Source: Bdellovibrionales bacterium
GTDB taxonomy: Bacteria; Bdellovibrionota; Bdellovibrionia; Bdellovibrionales; UBA1609
DNA length: 32,000 nucleotides
Assembly: GCA_965247685.1 (NCBI GenBank)
Contig: OZ252021.1
Location: 660,001 to 692,000, forward strand
Reading direction: 5' to 3'
The position numbers were made by a program, and so were the translations under genes. Below, piece after piece: positions 25,932 through 32,000 of the stretch (positions within the stretch are counted from its first letter, which is position 1; each line of letters opens with the position of its first letter). Under the pieces are notes generated by a model. The model searched no databases, was not told the origin of the DNA, and saw only the letters and a program-made list of their open reading frames with translations.

Positions 25932-26648
25932 TTGATGTTAGAAATGTTTTTCAAAACAAAAAAGTTAAAGTGTATGAAAACAGATATTTTAGGATACAGT
26001 GCTTTAGGACTCCCTATTTTTTCCACAGAGTTTGGAAAAAAAGAAGATCCTTGTGTTCTTATTTTAGGAGGAGTGCATGGTGATGAAATTGAAGGTGTAT
26101 TTGTTGCACAAGCCTTAATTGCTGACTTCAGTAAAAATTACCCTTATCAACTCCATTTGACTTTGATCCCTACATTCAACATTGATGGCTTACTTCATAA
26201 TAGAAGGACGAATGGTCATCTTGTAGATTTGAACAGAAATCTTCCAACAAAAGATTGGACTGCAAAATATACTAAGGAAAAATATTACCCTGGAAAAAGT
26301 TCAAATAGTGAACCTGAAAATCAAGCACTTGTCCATTGGCTTAAAAATCATTCTCCTCAGTTTATTATTTCTCTTCATTCTTGGAATCCGCTACTGAATG
26401 TGAATGGAGATTGCTCCCCAGAAGCAGAAGTTCTTTCTCAAGAGACAGGTTATAAGATTGTTCCAGATATTGGTTATCCAACAGCAGGATGCTTAGGAAC
26501 TTATACTGGGCAGGAAAGAAATATTCCAACATTGACTTATGAAGTGGAGCGTGGTTTGAATTTCAAACAAGCCTGTGATCTTCATGTGCCTGCTATAAAA
26601 AAAGCTTTATATAAAACAGAAAACAGAAGAGATAAGAAAAATGCCTAA
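25932..26648 (+). CDS. M14-family zinc carboxypeptidase-like amidase (MpaA / gamma-D-Glu-meso-DAP murein peptide amidase-like)
   Basis: GGVHGDEIEG (HxxE Zn site), VDLNRN, ISLHSW (third Zn ligand) and a late E in TYEVE. Start is uncertain: TTG 25932, ATG 25935, 25944 or 25974. The stop overlaps the dapD start by 8 nt. Confidence 0.75.
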   Translation: MMLEMFFKTKKLKCMKTDILGYSALGLPIFSTEFGKKEDPCVLILGGVHGDEIEGVFVAQALIADFSKNYPYQLHLTLIPTFNIDGLLHNRRTNGHLVDLNRNLPTKDWTAKYTKEKYYPGKSSNSEPENQALVHWLKNHSPQFIISLHSWNPLLNVNGDCSPEAEVLSQETGYKIVPDIGYPTAGCLGTYTGQERNIPTLTYEVERGLNFKQACDLHVPAIKKALYKTENRRDKKNA

Positions 26649-27459
26649 TATCCAGTCGATTATTAAAAGTGTTTTTCAATCTTCTCCTGAAGAGCGCTTA
26701 AAGAATATAGAAAAATCCAAAGACTCCATTGAAAAGGCGATTGAGCTTTTGGATTCTGGTGAAGCACGGGTGTGTTCTTTGGAGTCAGGAAAATGGAAAG
26801 TCAATGAGTGGTTGAAGCAGGCGATTCTTCTTTATTTTCAACTAAAAAAATCTCAAGTTGCCTCATCTGGTCCTTTCACTTATTACGATAAAATTCCCTT
26901 AAAACAATGGACAGGGGAAGAGGGAGTGCGGGTGGTTCCACAAGCCTTAGTCAGAAGAGGATCGTTTGTTGCAAAAAATACAGTTCTTATGCCTTCTTAT
27001 ATCAACATTGGAGCTTATGTAGATTCAGGGAGTTTAATTGATACTTGGGCTACAGTGGGCTCTTGTGCTCAAGTTGGAAAAAATGTTCATATCTCTGGAG
27101 GTGTAGGTTTAGGAGGAGTTCTTGAACCTGTACAAGCTCAACCAGTGGTGATTGAAGACAATGTTTTTATAGGCAGCCGTTGTATTGTCGTGGAAGGAGT
27201 TCGAGTGGAGGAAAGAGCGGTGCTTGGAGCAGGAGTGGTATTGACTGCAAGCTCAAAAATCATAGATGTAACTTCAAAAGAAGAAAAAGTATACAAAGGA
27301 TTTGTACCTAAGAATTCAGTGGTGATCCCTGGTCAAAGAGTAAAAAACTTTCCTGCAGGACATTATTCTGTACCTTGTGCTTTAATTATAGGGCAAAGAT
27401 CTACATCAACAGATTTAAAAACATCTTTGAATTCAGTTCTCAGAGAAATTCCTCATTAA
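26641..27459 (+). CDS. dapD: 2,3,4,5-tetrahydropyridine-2,6-dicarboxylate N-succinyltransferase
   Basis: 272 aa, colinear with E. coli DapD as I recall it. LLDSGEARV, NTVLMPSYINIGAYVDSGSLIDTWATVGSCAQVGKNVHISGGVGLGGVLEP, plus hexapeptide repeats. Confidence 0.96.
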   Translation: MPNIQSIIKSVFQSSPEERLKNIEKSKDSIEKAIELLDSGEARVCSLESGKWKVNEWLKQAILLYFQLKKSQVASSGPFTYYDKIPLKQWTGEEGVRVVPQALVRRGSFVAKNTVLMPSYINIGAYVDSGSLIDTWATVGSCAQVGKNVHISGGVGLGGVLEPVQAQPVVIEDNVFIGSRCIVVEGVRVEERAVLGAGVVLTASSKIIDVTSKEEKVYKGFVPKNSVVIPGQRVKNFPAGHYSVPCALIIGQRSTSTDLKTSLNSVLREIPH

Positions 27460-27515
27460 ATTTGTTTTTAAGGGTTGAAAGGAATTAATTATTTTTATAT
27501 AAGGTTTGATTAACT

Positions 27516-27836
27516 ATGACAGATTCAACGCAAGAAAGAATTAAAAAAATGCTGGAGGAAAGCCCCCTTATGCTCTTTATGAAGGGTGAACCAGAATCTC
27601 CTCAATGTGGGTTTTCTTATCGAGTTGTCCAAATTCTTGGAGCTTTAAATATTCAGTATAAATCCTTTGATGTTTTAAGTGATGAAAGTATTCGCCAAGG
27701 AATCAAAGAGTTTGGCAACTGGCCGACCATTCCACAACTCTACATTAAGGGGCAATTGTTTGGTGGTTGCGATATTATTGAGGAAAGTTTTCAATCTGGT
27801 CAGCTTGAAAAAGAAGTTCAACTTGCTCATCAGTAA
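27516..27836 (+). CDS. grxD: Monothiol glutaredoxin (Grx4/GrxD family)
   Basis: 106 aa. LFMKGEPESPQCGFS active site, NWPTIPQLYIKGQLFGGCDI. Confidence 0.93.
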   Translation: MTDSTQERIKKMLEESPLMLFMKGEPESPQCGFSYRVVQILGALNIQYKSFDVLSDESIRQGIKEFGNWPTIPQLYIKGQLFGGCDIIEESFQSGQLEKEVQLAHQ

Positions 27837-28105
27837 TACTCATCGATCGAGAAGCTGTATATGTTTAGAAGATTTTGTTTTATTTAGAAGTGTTCACTTC
27901 ATTGACATTCTTAAAAACCCTTAATTTCTAGTTATTTAGAGTTTCAATTAATAAGAGAAATTGTTGATTTTAACTACTCATAATAGTAAAAATGTGTAAA
28001 AAAATTAAAATCCATTAAAACCTAGACAATTATATCGAAAAAATGTAGTGTGAACCTCTTTATAATATTTGACCATACAATATTTAACCATGGGTAGGTA
28101 AGAAA

Positions 28106-31033
28106 ATGGTTTTCAGAATTTTAAGTATCATCATTTTTGGTTTTGCAAGTTTTACAATTCTTGCTGAAGACGACTTGGAACGTATTAAAGTAACAGGTTC
28201 TCACATTAAAAGGCTCAACCAAGAAGGCACTTCACCTGTGACTGTGATTAATCGAGAACAATTGGATCTTTCTGGCTATTCCTCTTTAGCGGATATCATT
28301 CGTGATTTAGGTATTGCAACTTCAGGGGTTTCTCGAAAATTCTCTTTAGCCGATGGGAATGGGCTTGCTGCAACTACTTTTCGAGGTTTGCCTGTGGGTT
28401 ACACAATCATTCTACTTAATGGGAAAAGAATCGCTAATAGTATTGATCTGAACTTGATTCCTAAGTCTGCTATCGAAAGAATAGAAATCATCAAGGACGG
28501 AGCGTCTGCAATTTATGGTTCAGATGCTATTGGCGGCGTGATGAACTTTATTACCAAAAGGGGAGATGTGGGAGCTCAGTTTTCGGTGGGAGGATATTTA
28601 CCAGAACCTTTTGTATTGCCTAAAAAATACCTTAAATATCAAGGCTGGAGATCCGAAAGATGGGCAGATGTTCCTCAGTACCAAGATAAAATCTTTGGCT
28701 TCAAAGGGGGAGAGTCTGCATTTGCTGATTTCACCTATGGTTGGAGCGGTGATACCCATCAAAGTCTTTTAGGAGTAAGTTTTCAAAGAAACCAAAGTGT
28801 GGAGATGCAACAACGCCCTCACCTTATGGGAACAGATGCTGATAAGGCCTCTTTTTCACGTTTTGGCAGTCCAGGAAGTTATTCGCTAGGAGGACCATTT
28901 AACCCTATGCCAGGCTGCCCTAAGAACAAATTGAAAGTGCTGGATGAAAATAAAGGTACCTTGTGTGTTTTTAATTACTTTGGTTACATGAAGTATAATC
29001 CTACAGTGAATGCTTTAAGTGCATTTATAAATACAGATTTAGATTTAGATGATGATAACGAGCTATTCATTCAGGGTATGTATGCTTTAGAAAATAGTAC
29101 AGGAACTCTCGCTCCTCCTCCACAGAGTTTGGCCAAGAAAGGTTTTATCACAGTGTTAGGTGAGGTAAGTGATACACGATCAGGGATATGGAATAAATGG
29201 GTAACTGCTTTACAGAAAGAAAGTGGCCTTAATTTATCTGAGTTAGATACATTTGATTATCGTTTAGTGGATGAAATAGGTGCAGGTCGAAGGATACAAG
29301 ATGTCAATAAACATTCTTTTATTGTGCAAGCTGAATTGACTCATTATCTTTCCGACAGTTGGAATATAGATGCTTCATTAAATAGCAGCGGCTTCTATCT
29401 GGCTCAAAAGGGTAAGAATTACGCCTTAATTAGTAAATTATTGGAATTAGATGAAAATGGTAAGGCAAAGTTTAATCCTTTTAGACCGAAAGGTGAAAAA
29501 AGTGATATTACTTATGCTCTTTATAATCCAACAACGGATGTGATGCACTCTATGACCTACTTTGAAGGATCGATAAATGGAGAACTTCTTTCTTTAGGAT
29601 CTTTAGGTACTTTAAGTTCGGCTTTTGGAGGTCGAGGGGGTTATGAGTACTGGAGTGCAGAATTTGATTCTCAAACTTGGGATACCAAAACAAATATCAA
29701 CGATCAGTGGGGTGGAGGTTCTGGAGAATCTGGATCTGGCGGAAGATACTGGGTCACTGGTTACTCAGAATTTGTTCTTCCTCTTCACTTCAACTTTAAT
29801 CATATCTTAGAGCTGCAAGCTGCGGGAAGTATAGATCACTATCAGTATGTGGGCTTAGCTGCGAATCCAAAATTGGCATTTAAATGGATGCCTGGTAATA
29901 ATATGATTCAAGTCAGAGGTTCCGGAGGAACAGGCTTTAAAGCTCCAGCTGTTGGATATACTCTTCAAAATTACCGTGTCATTGATCACCCTTATGGAGT
30001 AGATTATCGAGTTTGTCCAGGAGCTAAGAAGGACTGCGACAAAGAAACACTAAAACCGACCCAAGCTCAGTATGAATTTGTTTATTTTGGCAATCAAAAA
30101 CTAAAACCTGAGCAATCAAAATTCTACAATATAGGAATCGGTTTAGAGCCTGTTAAAAATGTATTCTTAGGATTGGATTACTTTGTGAATCAAGTGGATA
30201 AACGGATTTTGGAGCCTCAGATAAGTGAAATCACGGATTTAGCGCGTTACCATCCTGAAGCTTTTAAAGACGAATTTGAAGCAGAGTACTCTACCGAAAT
30301 TATAGATGATAGCGACGGAAGCTCTCTAAGAGCTATTAAATCTAAGATTTATAATTTTGGCTCAGTTAGAAATCGAGGTTTAGAAGCGAGTTTGAATATG
30401 CAGTTTCCAGTTTTTACCTCTAGTAGTTTTTTCTTAGGAACTCAAGCGACCTACTACATTGAAAGTTTAGTGAAGCGTCCTTACTTGGAAGAAGAGTTTG
30501 TATCCCAACTTGGAAATTGGGGGGTTCCTCCTTACGTGCTTCAATCTAGTTTGGGGATGAAATATAAAAATGGAGTTCAATGGTTTTTATCTGGTAAGTT
30601 GACAGGTCAATTTAATCAAAAAGCTTCAGACAAAGAAGCTCCGGATGATTTTTTAAGAAGATCTGTAAAAATGGCTGTAAAGACGGTTCAAAAGCAATTC
30701 TCGAAAAACAAAAAAGAAGTTAAAAAAGCTTTGAAGTCTGAAGTTTGTGTGGCTTATAATGATGCGTCTGAAGGTGCTATTTGCCAAGTGGCTCATCATT
30801 TGAATTTAGACTTTAGCTTATTCTTGCCTTTGTCTGCTGTGGATGGGGATCCTAATACAAATTTACTTTTCAAAATTGAAAATGTTCTTAACACTGCACT
30901 TCCAGAGCATCGTATAGGTGGGAATCAGCAGGAGAATATCAATGGAATCCGTGCTAATGGGTTTGTACCTGTAGGAATGTATAACGGTGTGAATGGTCGA
31001 GCTTTTACAATTCAAGTGAATCATAAGTTTTAA
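28106..31033 (+). CDS. TonB-dependent outer-membrane receptor
   Basis: 975 aa with a signal peptide. TonB-box/plug region LERIKVTGSHIKR... IERIEIIKDGASAIYGSDAIGGVMNFITK. Long beta-barrel with alternating-hydrophobic strands and a terminal aromatic (...VNHKF). Confidence 0.9.
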   Translation: MVFRILSIIIFGFASFTILAEDDLERIKVTGSHIKRLNQEGTSPVTVINREQLDLSGYSSLADIIRDLGIATSGVSRKFSLADGNGLAATTFRGLPVGYTIILLNGKRIANSIDLNLIPKSAIERIEIIKDGASAIYGSDAIGGVMNFITKRGDVGAQFSVGGYLPEPFVLPKKYLKYQGWRSERWADVPQYQDKIFGFKGGESAFADFTYGWSGDTHQSLLGVSFQRNQSVEMQQRPHLMGTDADKASFSRFGSPGSYSLGGPFNPMPGCPKNKLKVLDENKGTLCVFNYFGYMKYNPTVNALSAFINTDLDLDDDNELFIQGMYALENSTGTLAPPPQSLAKKGFITVLGEVSDTRSGIWNKWVTALQKESGLNLSELDTFDYRLVDEIGAGRRIQDVNKHSFIVQAELTHYLSDSWNIDASLNSSGFYLAQKGKNYALISKLLELDENGKAKFNPFRPKGEKSDITYALYNPTTDVMHSMTYFEGSINGELLSLGSLGTLSSAFGGRGGYEYWSAEFDSQTWDTKTNINDQWGGGSGESGSGGRYWVTGYSEFVLPLHFNFNHILELQAAGSIDHYQYVGLAANPKLAFKWMPGNNMIQVRGSGGTGFKAPAVGYTLQNYRVIDHPYGVDYRVCPGAKKDCDKETLKPTQAQYEFVYFGNQKLKPEQSKFYNIGIGLEPVKNVFLGLDYFVNQVDKRILEPQISEITDLARYHPEAFKDEFEAEYSTEIIDDSDGSSLRAIKSKIYNFGSVRNRGLEASLNMQFPVFTSSSFFLGTQATYYIESLVKRPYLEEEFVSQLGNWGVPPYVLQSSLGMKYKNGVQWFLSGKLTGQFNQKASDKEAPDDFLRRSVKMAVKTVQKQFSKNKKEVKKALKSEVCVAYNDASEGAICQVAHHLNLDFSLFLPLSAVDGDPNTNLLFKIENVLNTALPEHRIGGNQQENINGIRANGFVPVGMYNGVNGRAFTIQVNHKF

Positions 31034-31074
31034 GTGAGAGGAATCATTTTTAATTTTGAAGTTTATCTAAAGAA

Positions 31075-31884
31075 GTGATGTATAAAGTATTTTTATTGGT
31101 TTTAATATGGGGTGGTTTTTATTCCAACGCAAAAGAAACTACCCATTCTGTGGTTCAGGAGCAGGTTACAAATGATCAACTAGCTGCTCAGTCTCAAGAA
31201 ATAATTTCAAAAATTGCTAAAGAGAGTTTAGATCTTGCTAATGAATATCGCTCCGCTTTAGAAGACATTAATAATGTCCGCATTTATAATGAACAATTAA
31301 GAATCCGTATTGAATCTCAAAAAAAAGAAAAAGTATCTCTTCGTAAACAGATTCATGATGTTGAGAACATGGATACGGAAATTGTTCCATTGATGTTGGA
31401 GATGTTAGATGCCTTAGAAAAATTTGTTCAATTAGATATTCCATTTGAAAAGATAGACCGAGAAAAAACTCTAAAAGATTTACAGGCTATGATGGATCGG
31501 GCAGACGTAACTAATGCTGAAAAGTATCGAAGAATTTTAGAAGCTTATCAGATTGAAAGTGAGTACGGTAGAACCATTGGAGCTTATCGTGCTTTACAAA
31601 ATATAGAAGGAAAAGATCTAACAGTGGATTTCTTACGTCTTGGACGTTTAAGTCTTATTTACCAAACTTTGGATAAGAATAAGAGTGCTTATTGGTCTCA
31701 AGCTCAAAAATCTTGGGTAAAGATTCCTTCCAAATATAATCGAGCTATTTCTTTAGGTATTAAAGTGGCTCGCAATCAAACAGCACCTAACTTTGTGACA
31801 GCTTGGGTTTCTGCGCCTACTGAAAGCACAGTTCGACTGGAGTCTATGAAAGTGGAAACAGAAAGAGAAGGTGAGGGAGAATGA
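31075..31884 (+). CDS. DUF3450-family (TtpB-like) TonB2-system accessory protein
   Basis: 269 aa with a signal peptide and a coiled-coil N-half. The block YRRILEAYQIESEYGRTIGAYRA... DFLRLGRLSLIYQTLD matches my recollection of DUF3450. Located between a TonB-dependent receptor and an ExbB-like gene. The start is more likely the ATG at 31078 than the GTG at 31075. Confidence 0.7.
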   Translation: MMYKVFLLVLIWGGFYSNAKETTHSVVQEQVTNDQLAAQSQEIISKIAKESLDLANEYRSALEDINNVRIYNEQLRIRIESQKKEKVSLRKQIHDVENMDTEIVPLMLEMLDALEKFVQLDIPFEKIDREKTLKDLQAMMDRADVTNAEKYRRILEAYQIESEYGRTIGAYRALQNIEGKDLTVDFLRLGRLSLIYQTLDKNKSAYWSQAQKSWVKIPSKYNRAISLGIKVARNQTAPNFVTAWVSAPTESTVRLESMKVETEREGEGE

Positions 31885-32000
31885 TTAAGAGTATTACATT
31901 ACTTTTTCTAGGAGTTGCTTTTTTTGCTACAGCTCAAACTACTCCAGTGCGATCTTTAGAAGATCTAATGAAACTTGTTCAACAAGAAAGTTTAGAACAG
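31881..32000 (+). CDS. Start of a MotA/TolQ/ExbB-family (TtpC-like) protein; 3' end lies outside the window
   Basis: ATG overlaps the upstream TGA (ATGA). Translation is MIKSITLLFLGVAFFATAQTTPVRSLEDLMKLVQQESLEQ, a signal peptide plus an LEDLM..V motif like the long-form ExbB proteins that follow DUF3450 genes. Only 40 codons are visible. Confidence 0.45.
   Translation, partial: MIKSITLLFLGVAFFATAQTTPVRSLEDLMKLVQQESLEQ

Noticed and set aside
27837-28105. Looked for a Fur box or a cobalamin/TPP riboswitch upstream of the TonB-dependent receptor.
   Set aside because: The best Fur-like stretch (CTCATAATAGTAAAAATGTG) matches only about 10 of 19 consensus positions, which is expected in AT-rich DNA. 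There is no B12-box-like GCCACTG or other GC-containing riboswitch core.
625-29810. Remaining short track ORFs (60-117 aa): 625-807, 728-910, 1066-1260, 1265-1468, 5830-6042, 7364-7624, 9607-9837, 10075-10293, 12205-12558, 12613-12837, 16115-16318, 16227-16469, 17407-17619, 20875-21081, 24228-24431, 24416-24667, 24479-24664, 25871-26083, 27679-27924, 28566-28772, 29625-29810.
   Set aside because: All are nested in, or antisense to, longer ORFs with clear homology or paralogy. None has a recognisable motif or an independent RBS.
1-32000. Scanned for CRISPR arrays, IS/transposase or integrase genes, phage modules, toxin-antitoxin pairs and known defence-system domains.
   Set aside because: No regularly spaced repeats were seen. 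No ORF has transposase, recombinase, nuclease, helicase or methyltransferase hallmarks. The window is core-genome-like apart from the features reported.

Overview
AT-rich (about one-third GC by eye, not computed) chromosomal segment of a diderm bacterium. No rRNA gene is present, so phylum cannot be assigned from this window. Most of it is tightly packed housekeeping and cell-envelope genes. In order: an MFS transporter 3' end fused to a rhodanese-like domain; valS-ftsW-murG on the plus strand, converging head-on with ftsQ-ftsA-ftsZ plus an alpha/beta hydrolase on the minus strand; trpS; a PpiD-like chaperone divergent from mreC-mreD-mrdA-rodA; a cation/proton antiporter; an orphan membrane protein coupled to murI; an M14 amidase; dapD; a monothiol glutaredoxin; and a TonB-dependent receptor followed by a TonB2-type accessory cluster (DUF3450 plus the start of an ExbB-like gene). 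Two things stand out. (1) The only RNA gene, a minus-strand tRNA-Leu(UAA) at 23642-23953, is interrupted between U34 and A35 by a 223-nt ORF-less group I intron. Its core blocks closely resemble the cyanobacterial/plastid trnL(UAA) intron, although the flanking genes are not cyanobacterial in character. (2) Between 10.0 and 16.7 kb lie three diverged paralogues of an exported von Willebrand-A-like protein with a conserved cysteine pair. They are interleaved with an orphan secreted 438-aa protein (preceded by a perfect 17-bp tandem repeat and palindrome) and an exported VanX/DdpX-type D-Ala-D-Ala dipeptidase. No CRISPR array, transposase, integrase, phage gene or recognisable defence gene was seen.
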